From assembly GCA_002269645.1 (NCBI GenBank), contig NIVC01002005.1:62001-126000 (forward strand): DNA of 64,000 nt, given 5' to 3'. The stretch's first letter is position 1. Each line of letters opens with the position of its first letter. Positions 1-14,045 of this stretch are shown piece by piece. The stretch comes from Macrostomum lignano (Eukaryota). The notes beneath the pieces were generated by a model. The model was not told the DNA's origin, ran no database searches, and saw nothing but the letters and a program-made list of their open reading frames with translations. The position numbers and the translations under genes were made by a program.

Positions 1-466
1 CTGAAGGTAAGACAGTGGAGAGAGGGATATATAATGTCTAAGCGGGTGGTCCACGTAAACCATGGCGTAGTGAGACCAGACACAGACAGTTTAAAAGAAA
101 GTACTTATAATCCATACTATACAACTCTAAAGGATTGCAATTGTATAGATTAGAACGGTTTTTTATACTTAATAGGTCTAATGTTAATCCTTACTCCAAG
201 TTTCATCCATATATAAATTTATTGTGCCAAAAACTGTAATCTACAACCAAAATATGATGACCCGCAAAAAAGGACGCCAAGCCTAAAATAAAAACTAAAA
301 AAACACCGTCGCAAAAAGCCACTGCGAAATCGAAGAAGCCGCATCGCCTGGTGAAAATCATCAGTCTGCTCGCAAATCCGTCGACACCGAGTCCAGAAAA
401 GTGAGTTTCGTTTGATGATCTCAAAGTAGCTAGCTGCAAGGCCTGCAACTCAATTGCTGTAGAGAA

Positions 467-3400
467 GCTGGTCCACCTAACCTACAGACACAACTGAATC
501 AGCTCTCTCAGTCTGTTTGAGGCTTTGGCTCTCAGAAGGTGGTCCACCTAACCTACAGACACAACTCGAACAGATTTCTCTGTCTGTTTAAGGCTCTGGC
601 TCTCAGAGCCGCCGAGAAAGTTTAGTGCCGAGAATGCTTCAGTTTGTTAGAATGCAATCAGAACAGATTCCTAGAAAGTGAGCTAGTCCAGCATCAAGGT
701 AGAACATCTGGATGTGTAACGAGAGGCTCTCGGAGATTCCTGGCTCAGATTATCGCCTAGAAGTGCTTTGGAGTAGCTGGTCCACCTAACCTACAGACAC
801 AACTCGAACAGATTTCTCTGTCTGTTTGAGGCTCTGGCTCTCAGAGCCGCCGAGAAAGTTTAGTGCCGAGAATGCTTCAGTTTGTTAGAATGCAATCAGA
901 ACAGATTCCTAGAAAGTGAGCTAGTCCAGCATCAAGGTAGAACATGGATGTGTAACGAGAGGCTCTCGGAGATTCCTGGCTCAGATTATCGCCTAGAAGT
1001 GCTTTGGAGTAGCTGGTCCACCTAACCTACAGACACAACTCGAACAGATTTCTCTGTCTGTTTAGGCTCTGGCTCTTACAGCCGCCGAGAAAGTTTAGTG
1101 CAGAAAATGCTTCAGTTTGTTAGAATGCAATCAGAACAGATTCCTAGAAAGTGAGCTAGTCCAGCATCAAGGCAGAACATCTGGATGTGTAACGAAAGTC
1201 TCTCGGAGACTCCTGGCTCAGATTATCGCCTAGAAGTGCTTTGGAGTAGCTGGTCCACCTAACCTACAGACACAACTCGAACAGATTTCTGTCTGTTTGA
1301 GGCTCTGGATGTCAGAGCCGCCGAGAAAGTTTAGTGCCGAGAATGCTTCAGTTTGTTAGAATGCAATCAGAACAGATTCCTAGAAAGTGAGCTAGTCCAG
1401 CATCAAGGCAGAACATCTGGATGTGTAACGAGAGGCTCTCGGAGATTCCTGGCTCAGATTATCGCCTAGAAGTGCTTTGGAGTAGCTGGTCCACCTAACC
1501 TACAGACACAACTCGAACAGATTTCTGTCTGTTTGAGGCTCTGGATCTCAGAGCCGCCGAGAAAGTTTAGTGCCGAGAATGCTTCAGTTTGTTAGAATGC
1601 AATCAGAACAGATTCCTAGAAAGTGAGCTAGTCCAGCATCAAGGCAGAACATCTGGATGTGTAACGAGAGGCTCTCGGAGATTCCTGGCTCAGATTATCG
1701 CCTAGAAGTGCTTTGGAGTAGCTGGTCCACCTAACCTACAGACACAACTCGAACAGATTTCTGTCTGTTTGAGGCTCTGGATCTCAGAGCCGCCGAGAAA
1801 GTTTAGTGCCGAGAATGCTTCAGTTTGTTAGAATGCAATCAGAACAGATTCCTAGAAAGTGAGCTAGTCCAGCATCAAGGCAGAACATCTGGATGTGTAA
1901 CGAGAGGCTCTCGGAGATTCCTGGCTCAGATTATCGCCTAGAAGTGCTTTGGAGTAGCTGGTCCACCTAACCTACAGACACAACTCGAACAGATTTCTCT
2001 GTCTGTTTGAGGCTCTGGCTCTCAGAGCCGCCGAGAAAGTTTAGTGCCGAGAATGCTTCAGTTTGTTAGAATGCAATCAGAACAGATTCCTAGAAAGTGA
2101 GCTAGTCCAGCATCAAGGTAGAACATGGATGTGTAACGAGAGGCTCTCGGAGATTCCTGGCTCAGATTATCGCCTAGAAGTGCTTTGGAGTAGCTGGTCC
2201 ACCTAACCTACAGACACAACTCGAACAGATTTCTCTGTCTGTTTGAGGCTCTGGCTCTCAGAGCCGCCGAGAAAGTTTAGTGCCGAGAATGCTTCAGTTT
2301 GTTAGAATGCAATCAGAACAGATTCCTAGAAAGTGAGCTAGTCCAGCATCAAGGCAGAACATCTGGATGTGTAACGAGAGGCTCTCGGAGATTCCTGGCT
2401 CAGATTATCGCCTAGAAGTGCTTTGGAGTAGCTGGTCCACCTAACCTACAGACACAACTCGAACAGATTTCTCTGTCTGTTTGAGGCTCTGGCTCTCAGA
2501 GCCGCCGAGAAAGTTTAGTGCCGAGAATGCTTCAGTTTGTTAGAATGCAATCAGAACAGATTCCTAGAAAGTGAGCTAGTCCAGCATCAAGGCAGAACAT
2601 CTGGATGTGTAACGAGAGGCTCTCGGAGATTCCTGGCTCAGATTATCGCCTAGAAGTGCTTTGGAGTAGCTGGTCCACCTAACCTACAGACACAACTCGA
2701 ACAGATTTCTGTCTGTTTGAGGCTCTGGATCTCAGAGCCGCCGAGAAAGTTTAGTGCCGAGAATGCTTCAGTTTGTTAGAATGCAATCAGAACAGATTCC
2801 TAGAAAGTGAGCTAGTCCAGCATCAAGGCAGAACATCTGGATGTGTAACGAGAGGCTCTCGGAGATTCCTGGCTCAGATTATCGCCTAGAAGTGCTTTGG
2901 AGTAGCTGGTCCACCTAACCTACAGACACAACTCGAACAGATTTCTCTGTCTGTTTGAGGCTCTGGCTCTCAGAGCCGCCGAGAAAGTTTAGTGCCGAGA
3001 ATGCTTCAGTTTGTTAGAATGCAATCAGAACAGATTCCTAGAAAGTGAGCTAGTCCAGCATCAAGGTAGAACATGGATGTGTAACGAGAGGCTCTCGGAG
3101 ATTCCTGGCTCAGATTATCGCCTAGAAGTGCTTTGGAGTAGCTGGTCCACCTAACCTACAGACACAACTCGAACAGATTTCTCTGTCTGTTTGAGGCTCT
3201 GGCTCTCAGAGCCGCCGAGAAAGTTTAGTGCCGAGAATGCTTCAGTTTGTTAGAATGCAATCAGAACAGATTCCTAGAAAGTGAGCTAGTCCAGCATCAA
3301 GGCAGAACATCTGGATGTGTAACGAGAGGCTCTCGGAGATTCCTGGCTCAGATTATCGCCTAGAAGTGCTTTGGAGTAGCTGGTCCACCTAACCTACAGA

Positions 3401-6400
3401 CACAACTCGAACAGATTTCTCTGTCTGTTTGAGGCTCTGGATCTCAGAGCCGCCGAGAAAGTTTAGTGCCGAGAATGCTTCAGTTTGTTAGAATGCAATC
3501 AGAACAGATTCCTAGAAAGTGAGCTAGTCCAGCATCAAGGCAGAACATCTGGATGTGTAACGAGAGGCTCTCGGAGATTCCTGGCTCAGATTATCGCCTA
3601 GAAGTGCTTTGGAGTAGCTGGTCCACCTAACCTACAGACACAACTCGAACAGATTTGTCTGTCTGTTTGAGGCTCTGGCTCTCAGAGCCGCCGAGAAAGT
3701 TTAGTGCCGAGAATGCTTCAGTTTGTTAGAATGCAATCAGAACAGATTCCTAGAAAGTGAGCTAGTCCAGCATCAAGGCAGAACATCTGGATGTGTAACG
3801 AGAGGCTCTCGGAGATTCCTGGCTCAGATTATCGCCTAGAAGTGCTTTGGAGTAGCTGGTCCACCTAACCTACAGACACAACTCGAACAGATTTGTCTGT
3901 CTGTTTGAGGCTCTGGCTCTCAGAGCCGCCGAGAAAGTTTAGTGCCGAGAATGCTTCAGTTTGTTAGAATGCAATCAGAACAGATTCCTAGAAAGTGAGC
4001 TAGTCCAGCATCAAGGTAGAACATGGATGTGTAACGAGAGGCTCTTGGAGATTCCTGGCTCAGATTATCGCCTAGAAGTGCTTTGGAGTAGCTGGTCCAC
4101 CTAACCTACAGACACAACTCGAACAGATTTGTCTGTCTGTTTGAGGCTCTGGCTCTCAGAGCCGCCGAGAAAGTTTAGTGCCGAGAATGCTTCAGTTTGT
4201 TAGAATGCAATCAGAACAGATTCCTAGAAAGTGAGCTAGTCCAGCATCAAGGCAGAACATCTGGATGTGTAACGAGAGGCTCTCGGAGATTCCTGGCTCA
4301 GATTATCGCCTAGAAGTGCTTTGGAGTAGCTGGTCCACCTAACCTACAGACACAACTCGAACAGATTTCTGTCTGTTTGAGGCTCTGGATCTCAGAGCCG
4401 CCGAGAAAGTTTAGTGCCGAGAATGCTTCAGTTTGTTAGAATGCAATCAGAACATTTTCCTAGAAAGTGAGCTAGTCCAGCATCAAGGCAGAACATCTGT
4501 ATGTGTAACGAGAGGCTCTCGGAGATTCCTGGCTCAGATTATCGCCTAGAAGTGCTTTGGAGTAGCTGGTCCACCTAACCTACAGACACAACTCGAACAG
4601 ATTTCTGTCTGTTTGAGGCTCTGGCTCTCAGAGCCGCCGAGAAAGTTTAGTGCCGAGAATGCTTCAGTTTGTTAGAATGCAATCAGAACAGATTCCTAGA
4701 AAGTGAGCTAGTCCAGCATCAAGGTAGAACATGGATGTGTAACGAGAGGCTCTCGGAGATTCCTGGCTCAGATTATCGCCTAGAAGTGCTTTGGAGTAGC
4801 TGGTCCACCTAACCTACAGACACAACTCGAACAGATTTCTCTGTCTGTTTGAGGCTCTGGCTCTCAGAGCCGCCGAGAAAGTTTAGTGCCGAGAATGCTT
4901 CAGTTTGTTAGAATGCAATCAGAACAGATTCCTAGAAAGTGAGCTAGTCCAGCATCAAGGTAGAACATGGATGTGTAACGAGAGGCTCTCGGAGATTCCT
5001 GGCTCAGATTATCGCCTAGAAGTGCTTTGGAGTAGCTGGTCCACCTAACCTACAGACACAACTCGAACAGATTTCTCTGTCTGTTTGAGGCTCTGGCTCT
5101 CAGAGCCGCCGAGAAAGTTTAGTGCCGAGAATGCTTCAGTTTGTTAGAATGCAATCAGAACAGATTCCTAGAAAGTGAGCTAGTCCAGCATCAAGGCAGA
5201 ACATCTGGATGTGTAACGAGAGGCTCTCGGAGATTCCTGGCTCAGATTATCGCCTAGAAGTGCTTTGGAGTAGCTGGTCCACCTAACCTACAGACACAAC
5301 TCGAACAGATTTGTCTGTCTGTTTGAGGCTCTGGCTCTCAGAGCCGCCGAGAAAGTTTAGTGCCGAGAATGCTTCAGTTTGTTAGAATGCAATCAGAACA
5401 GATTCCTAGAAAGTGAGCTAGTCCAGCATCAAGGCAGAACATCTGTATGTGTAACGAGAGGCTCTCGGAGATTCCTGGCTCAGATTATCGCCTAGAAGTG
5501 CTTTGGAGTAGCTGGTCCACCTAACCTACAGACACAACTCGAACAGATTTCTCTGTCTGTTTGAGGCTCTGGCTCTCAGAGCCGCCGAGAAAGTTTAGTG
5601 CCGAGAATGCTTCAGTTTGTTAGAATGCAATCAGAACAGATTCCTAGAAAGTGAGCTAGTCCAGAATCAAGGCAGAACATCTGGATGTGTAACGAGAGGC
5701 TCTCGGAGATTCATGGCTTAGATTATCGCCTAGAAGTGCTTTGGAGTAGCTGGTCCACCTAACCTACAGACACAACTCGAACAGATTTCTGTCTGTTTGA
5801 GGCTCTGGATCTCAGAGCCGCCGAGAAAGTTTAGTGCCGAGAATGCTTCAGTTTGTTAGAATGCAATCAGAACAGATTCCTAGAAAGTGAGCTAGTCCAG
5901 CATCAAGGCAGAACATCTGGATGTGTAACGAGAGGCTCTCGGAGATTCCTGGCTCAGATTATCGCCTAGAAGTGCTTTGGAGTAGCTGGTCCACCTAACC
6001 TACAGACACAACTCGAACAGATTTCTCTGTCTGTTTGAGGCTCTGGATCTCAGAGCCGCCGAGAAAGTTTAGTGCCGAGAATGCTTCAGTTTGTTAGAAT
6101 GCAATCAGAACAGATTCCTAGAAAGTGAGCTAGTCCAGCATCAAGGCAGAACATCTGGATGTGTAACGAGAGGCTCTCGGAGATTCCTGGCTCAGATTAT
6201 CGCCTAGAAGTGCTTTGGAGTAGCTGGTCCACCTAACCTACAGACACAACTCGAACAGATTTCTCTGTCTGTTTGAGGCTCTGGCTCTTAGGTGGTCCAC
6301 ATAACCTACAGACACAACTGAAGCAGCTCTCTCAGTCTGTTTGAGGCTTTGGCTCTCAGAAGGTGGTCCACCTAACCTACAGACACAACTCGAACAGATT

Positions 6401-6621
6401 TATCTGTCTGTTTGAGGCTCTGGCTCTTAGGTGGTCCACATAACCTATAGACACAACTGAAGCAGCTCTCTCAGTCTGTTTGAGCTTTGGCTCTCAGAAG
6501 GTGGTTCACCTCACCTACAGACACAACTCGAACAGATTTCTCTGTCTGTTTGAGGCTCTGGCTCTCAGGTGGTCCACATAACCTACAGACACAACTGGAA
6601 CAGATTTCTGTGTCTGTTTGA
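467..6621. repeat. Satellite array, ~236-238-bp monomer, about 24 near-identical copies, with ~70-bp core-only subunits at both edges
   Basis: GGTCCACCTAACCTACAGACACAACTCGAACAGATTT recurs every ~237 bp from ~541 to ~6230; copies differ mainly by 2-bp indels (GAACATCTGGAT/GAACATGGAT, TTTCTCTGTC/TTTCTGTC). Confidence 0.97.
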
Positions 6622-7692
6622 TTGTCAGTTAATTTTATTTTCTACCTTTGTAGGAGCCTGTGGTTGATTTTGTTCGCCTGAGCTCGACGAGACTGACTGC
6701 GTTTCACCGAGATGAAGGTTAAAACGAACTGTAAAAGAAGATTTAAACCACTAATTGACGAGAAATATAGAAAGGTTCATCATAGAGCTGAGCTGACGAA
6801 AGCGGATTCGATGGCTGAGTAAGCTGAAATTCGTGAGAGAGGCAATGACAGATCAATAACAGAAGCGGTCCGGGACCACGGAGGCAGGGAAGGTCCAGGA
6901 GAATATTTCGTAGAAAAATAAGAAGATTAAGCCATCATCTGCGTGAACGAAAAGATGAAAGTCGGTAAAATGATTGGCTTATCATATGATTGCTCACCAA
7001 CTCATTCAGTATAATAGGACTGATGTAGTCAAATCAATTTAATTTCAGTTTTAGTAACTTTTGTCGTTATTAAAAATGCCCTTCAACTTCTTGTAGGCTC
7101 GTACTCGGATGACCTTTTTTAACTAATGGAATCTTACGTTTGTTAACATGTATTTGAAGCATACATTTTGACCTAAATTAGTTTTAATGACTTTACAGTC
7201 ATTTGATATGATTCTGTATTTATTTTCAAAATGCTTTATTTTCATTCACCTTCTTGTATTCACGCGACGCAACTAACTAATGCGATCGTACATTTGTTTA
7301 ACCCGATTAACCCGATTAATAATGCTAAATAAATTGGTTTGAACTTGGGATATTTTCATTAAATGACGTCGTAACCCTTTTATCTGTTCTTTTTGAGAAT
7401 TTCTGTTTTAATTAGTTCAAAAGAACAGTTTAAAGCAATAAATTTTCTACAACGAAAGAGGTCTAACTAAACCAACTGTTTTTTTGCGGTCCACCTAACC
7501 CGGTCCCCAAAACGTAGTTAGTGAACCACCACAGTTTCCCCGAACTGGCTATTCCGTCAAGTTAACAAAAAGATAACCCTAGCTAGCCTTTCGCGTTGTC
7601 AAAACAGACTCTATTTTTTAACCGGAATTGCGTGGTCCACGTAACGCATTAACATAACTCAGGTCCCGCTAAACACACAGACAGTCGTAAGA

Positions 7693-8272
<580 letters not shown>

Positions 8273-9587
8273 CTGCCTGCCTGTATATATCTTTGCCTTA
8301 ATTAATGTTAATTTGCTTGATTTTTTTTTCTCGTATGCATCTGTTCTCATAGTCTTTTTGTTTCTTCCTGACTGTCGGCGTCGATCTGTCTGTTTTTTTA
8401 TTTTTCTACTGTCTCTGTGTCTGTAGCTGTTAGTTGTTCTGTCTGCTTGCTTCTGTCTGTCCACTTGCTCTATTTAAGCAACGAAATGGCTTGTCAATCT
8501 CATTGTGTCAAACTGTGCCGTTTCATCTACCGCCATTCCAAATCAATTCTGATTTATGATGTTCTTCAAATTATTTTGTTTTATTCTCAAACTGCTATTC
8601 CTAATTTTGCTAGTTGCACTCATTTTTTAACTTTTTTCCGCACGTGTTACTTTATTTTTATTTTGCTACTTATGAGTAGTTGAGTAACATATTTTTAGCA
8701 ATTTTTATATAAAGACTTCCAATTAGAGATCAATATTCACCTACTGCAACTGTGTAAACGGTTCATCGAAATCATATTGATATGAAATCTCATTGTAGCC
8801 ATAATTTATTATAAATATTTGTTTTGTTAAAATAATTTATTATAAAATATGTGAAAGAAATACTTATTAATTGGTGCTGATCAAATCTTCGTAAAAAGCC
8901 TGTCATATACTGATATAATATTATAACTTAGCTTGTCTTGTTTGTAGACTGTTTACTGTGTCTTAACTCATCAAAGTTATTCCATTGATTTTTCTAAGTT
9001 TTCATGTCAAAGTTCATCTAATCGATCAATTTTTATTAAGAGGCTTTCTTATTGCGCCAAAATACTTTTTTGTTATAATCAGGTTCCTTCCAGCTTGTCT
9101 GTGTCTGGACTGACAATGAATTCAATGCTCAGTTAAAAGTTATATTATTAAATTTAGATATACATAATGCTTATACGAGTTATATATTGATATATATTGT
9201 CAACTAAATTAATTTAGATTTTTATATTTTTATTATCCTTGATAGGATACTAATCCAGTATTTCTTTTTGTTAAACAAAAATTAAATGATAAATTCAATA
9301 GTAAAACTTGATTAGAAGTTAATAATATAGATAACAACTTTGAATTCCATCTTCGTTGAACTTTCACATTTGACCAATTCGCATGTCCTCTAGTTACGTG
9401 TTATTTATTCGCTTTCTTTGTCTAGATTTCTCACCTAGAGTATTCCTACGCAGTAAATCATATAGTAAATTCCTTTCAATTTATCCCCTATAAAACCTCC
9501 CCATTCACCAATTGACCTTCACGAGCTTATATGATAATTCAAATTGCGTTGACGCATTACAGGCACCAAAACAAATTCTATTGCCGT

Positions 9588-12500
9588 ATGGACCAAGAGC
9601 ATCCGGATAATTGCGCTCGCGAAGACCCGGCAGCTGAGCTTCATCTTCCATCGCCAAGGCAACAGCCGCCGCCTCCTCTGCCTCCTCCTCCTCTTGATCC
9701 CACAACATTCGCCTTGGCCATGTCTTGTACTGACTTGAGCCGTAGATTAGCTAATCAGTTTTCAGATGAACAGCTGCAGCAGCAGCATCAACAAAGAGCT
9801 CAAGCTCAAGCTTACAAAGATGATGACTTAGAATCGTCTAGCGTTGAATTTGACGAACCAAATAGCAATCATCGACAGCAGCGGCTGCAGGACGACTTTG
9901 GCAATAATAGCGGCTCGGATGTTTCCGACATATCGAAGTCTGATCATAGCGCCAACGGCTTGCCTACTGACGAAAGCTTAAATCGTCTGCTAGAGAAATA
10001 TAATCTCAGAGCTGGTGATGCCGCCAAACCGCTTACTGTTGGAGTTCACAACGGCAGCTCCAGTTATGATAATTGGCGCACGTTCAGTACCACTGGTTAC
10101 CAGGGACAGCGCGTTGGAAACGGCTCGGTTGTGTCTCCGCAGCATCCTCAACCGCCACCGCCTCCGCCACCTGCTCAGGCTTCTCCAGCTCAGCAGAAAC
10201 AACAAATTTCTGTCTACGACTATTTATCCGAAGAGACAAAACGCTATTTAAGTCAGGCAAAGTTTAACAGTTTAGAAGAAGATTTTGTTGAACGATCAAC
10301 GGCCCAGGCTGCTGCTGTTACTGCGGCTGCTGCTACTGTTGCTTCGTCTGGGACGACAAGAAGTCCAAAGGCTTCTTATTCGTCACCTTCTGTGCAACAG
10401 CAACAACAACAGCAACCGCAGTATTTCATCAACAAGTACATGGAGAACATTAAAACGATGGTATCGGATGCTTTAACTTTTCGACCAGTGTCTTCACCAT
10501 CAACAACTGCCGCTGCTGCTGCTGTTGCTTCTGATTCTTCAACTTTCAAACCGTCTAGAGAGAAATCAAAGGACCCGAAGCAGCGTCAGTTAACGTCTGG
10601 TTCAACGCGATCGCATAATAAACCGTCTGCTTCGACCGCTGTGCCAGACTGCACCGCTGCAGTTGACGCGTCGACCTATTCGGTGCGTCAGCTGGACCCA
10701 GACGTGCATCGCTGGCTGAATAGTTTAAGTCTCCGAAATCCAGACAAATATGCTGCTCTGTTTGAGCGTCACGAAATCGATATGGAGAGTCTGTTGTTGC
10801 TTAATACCGAGGGTCAATTGCGTAAGCTTGGCGTTACAGCTATTGGTCCGATGACTAAGATGTTGCATTCAATTCGCGAGTTGAATAGCCAGAGAAATCG
10901 GAAACGGCCAGCTTCTGCTCCTCAGCAGGCTCTGGCATCTGCTAGGCACCGACCTGAAGGTGTACCGCCCTTGCACCTGCACATGGCCAAAGTGGTGGAG
11001 CGTCAACAGAAGCAGAAACAATTGAAACAAAAGCAACAGCAACAACAGCAGGTCGCGGCGTCGCCTCAACCCTGGATTCCCGGTGGAGCCAGGGGTAGGC
11101 TTGATGCCAAACAGCAGCAAAAGCAGAAACAACAACAACAACAACAGCATCATCAACCGGCTTCATCAAAGCCTGCAATCTCTGCAAAGAAGCCTGCTCA
11201 ATCATCTCATCCAGTAACTTCGCCAACATCCAATCATCATCCTCTAATAAACAATAAACAGTTGGTCTCCCAAGCGGAGCGCGACATAGCCAAAGCTGCT
11301 CAGAAAGTGAAACAGAAAGAGCTGCGCGAGAAAGAGCAACTACTCGAAGAACGTCGCCAGCACAACGAATGGCGTCAGCGTCGCGACGACATTCTCAGGC
11401 ATCGCCGGCCAAATGCGCCGACACCATCGACCACACCGCGTACGCCTCGCAAAGATGTGCCCGCCAAGCAGGCAGCGGCTGTGTCAAAATCCAATTCGAA
11501 CTCGCATTCAAAGGGTTCAACAACTGAGGACACTTCTGTGTCGGCATTTCGCAGTGAGATTAGCGAAATTGAAAGAAAAATAAGCGAACTGTTGAACGAT
11601 AACGGTGGCTCGGGTCAAGCAGCTTCGTCTGGTAGTTTATCTGCCGCGGCCGGGGTTAGTCCTAATATGCTGTTGGACTCCGTTGAAACGTTTCAAAAGC
11701 AACTGCGTCAACTGCAAAATCGTGTAGCCTCGCATCGGCAGCAGCAGCAGCAACAGCCGCAGCATCAGTCGCAAAAGCAGCAATCTCCGCCGCAGAAAGA
11801 AGAAGTACGCGTGTCGCAAAGTGTCACGGCTAAGGCTGTTGGCTTTGAATTGCATAGCGGCAATGGGTAAGCATGGTTTTATAAGAAACTTGATGGCTTT
11901 TAGAAGTTGTCATTATGCTGCTACCTGGGGTTTTGGGCACTACAATAATGTAGTGGATGTGTCTAAAGTGGATGCTTCACTTGAAAAGCCAATCAAGCAC
12001 TAATCTTAGCAATGGGTAGTGACCACGTTAATTTAAGCTTGTGCGCGATTGGAAGATGATGATTTGAGAAAGTCAGGGCGGCTGTGCACCCTGTGTGAGC
12101 GTGTGTATGAGTGCTTGTTTGCTGTGTACAGTATTGGCGCGCTCGCTCTCCAAAAACCCCAACTTTAACTCAGCGGCCCAGCTGCCAGTTCTTCATCGGA
12201 TGCGGCCTCGGCAGCTGCTCAAAGACGCACCAGCTGGACTGTGGCAGCCGGATCGTACAAATTCAACGAGAAAGAGCTCATCGGCGAGGGCACCCTGACG
12301 GCGGTGCATCGCGGCCGTCTAGATGGCGAAGTTGTCGCCGTGAAGCGTTTAAAATTGAAGCTGAGCTCGGACGAAGACCGGTCCTATCTAGCCGCCGAGG
12401 CCAACTTCCTGTGCGGCCTCCGGCACCCCAGACTTAGCCGGGTGCTTGGCTACTGTTTGCGCGGCCGATACCCGTTGCTATTCTGCGAATTAGCTCCCAG

Positions 12501-13520
12501 ACGAAGCTTGTCGGATTACCTGCAGGCTGGCAGTAAAGTCGACCATGCCCTGTTTTATTGCTTAGGCCAAGATCTGGCCGATGCGTTGGAGTTTCTGCAC
12601 TCGCAACGACCGCCACTACTGCACATGCGGCTGTGCAGCAGGAATGTACTGCTCGATGCCAAACTTCGTGGCCAGGTAGTTTATGTTTTAATAAAATTTT
12701 AAGTGTCACTTTGCGATTTAACTAATTAGATTACAAGGGAGTCTGAATAAGTCATAGTTACTCCCGCTCTTTACCCAGGTTTTATAATTAGATGACGAGG
12801 CAGTTTACGTGTCTAAAGAAGAGATAGTTACTCCCCCTGTTTTCCTGATAAAGTCCTAACTATTACAAACCGCAGATCTCCGATCTCGGCCTATCCAAGC
12901 TCCGTCATCAGGCTGGCCAATTGGCTCGCGAGGCTGGCAACGCCTCGGCGGCCTGGGTGCACCTGGCCTGGATGGCACCGGAGCTGCTCACAGCGGCCGA
13001 GTTCGGCCCGCCAGCCGATCTGTACAGCGCCGGCGTCCTGCTATGGGAGCTGCTGTCGGGCAGGCAGCCCTACTCCGGCCAGACCGCCTATTCTATCATC
13101 ACGGCCAAGAAGTCCGGAGCCACCCTCGAGCTGCCGTCTGGTTGTCCGACCATTCTGTCCGACCTCCTGTCCAGACTGTGGGGATCTCCGGACAGTCGGC
13201 CGAATGCTAGCGATTTGAAATCGGCGCTTCGTTCGGCCTGTTTGCCCGGCCGGGCCTGGCCGGATTTGGTCCGACGGGCCGGCGTCACCGAGGCGGCACT
13301 GAGGGACCCCGGCGCCGTCCGACGCTTCCTGGCTAGCGCATGTCGACGGCCGTGTCTTGTCGATTTGTCGACTCCCGACGATGCGATTTCAGCATCGGCC
13401 TCTGGCAGCTTCTGGCTGGTGTCGGAGCCGCGACTGCCGGCTGAGCCTGCTGAGGCTGACGGCGGATTTTCCGCGGAATTTCTGGCTGCAGTTGCTAGAG
13501 CAGCTCGTGGCGACGAGTAG
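9588..13520 (+). CDS. Q/P-rich SAM-domain protein with C-terminal TKL-like (pseudo)kinase domain, ~1141 aa
   Basis: Exons 9588-11866 (alternative ATG 9531), 12174-12675, 12876-13520. Junctions GG|GTAAGC..TTTAACTCAG|C (phase 2) and CAG|GTAGTT..CCGCAG|ATC (phase 0) keep frame. SAM-like segment DVHRWLNSLSL...KYAALFERHEIDMESLLLL...QLRKLGV..IGP at ~10700-10885; kinase motifs IGEG, VAVK, DLG, WMAPE, DLYSAGVLLWEL. The exon 1-2 join is inferred. Confidence 0.75.
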
Positions 13521-13684
13521 TGTCTTTGTGAACGATTTTTGTAATGAAATGCTTTGCTTAGCTGGTCTAGGAAAGTGTCTTTAAATTTCTAAATATTTTC
13601 TGTCTATTATGAATTTTTTTCAAGTCCGTTGTGTTCCAAGAGCCTCAATTTTTATGTCTTGGTGACGTAATCTTTGGTATCCGA

Positions 13685-14045
13685 TGAACTTTAAAAGTTG
13701 GTTTCTGATGACCTTGAAACGTCACTTCCTTTGACCTTGAAAGTTAGTGTCTGGTTACCTTGAAACGTCATTTCCTATGGCCTTGAAAGTTTGTGTCTAA
13801 TGACCTTGAAACTTCATTTCCTATGACCTTAAAAGTCTCATGACCTTGGAGCGTTAGTCAATCGATGACCTTGAAACGTTCGTGTCTGATGACCTTGAAA
13901 TGTTTGCGCCTGAAGACCTTAAAGAGTTATTGTCTGACGACCTTGAAACGTTATTTTCTTATGACCTTGAAACGTTATTGTCTGATGACCTCAAAAATTT
14001 AGTGCCTGATGACCTTAAAAGTGTTCGTGTCCGATGACCTTGAAT
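13685..14045 (+). repeat. Degenerate ~24-bp tandem repeat with core TGACCTTGAAA
   Basis: About 15 units such as TGTCTGATGACCTTGAAACGTTAT just downstream of the kinase stop codon. Confidence 0.85.

Noticed and set aside
467-6621. CRISPR array, or tandem SL/5S/snRNA gene array
   Set aside because: No unique spacers, eukaryotic context, and no recognisable Pol III boxes, Sm site or known RNA sequence in the monomer.
250-6720. Coding exons flanking the satellite (donor GTGAGT at 401, acceptor TTTGTAG at 6653)
   Set aside because: All joined frames reach stop codons quickly and show no recognisable domain.
9588-13520. KSR or ZAK ortholog
   Set aside because: No C1 domain and Lys retained in VAVK (unlike KSR); domain order is opposite to ZAK.
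13700-14000. Hammerhead ribozyme cores (CTGATGA-cctt-GAAAC)
   Set aside because: Only 4 nt for stem II, and the GTC triplet overlaps the CTGATGA so stems I and III cannot form.
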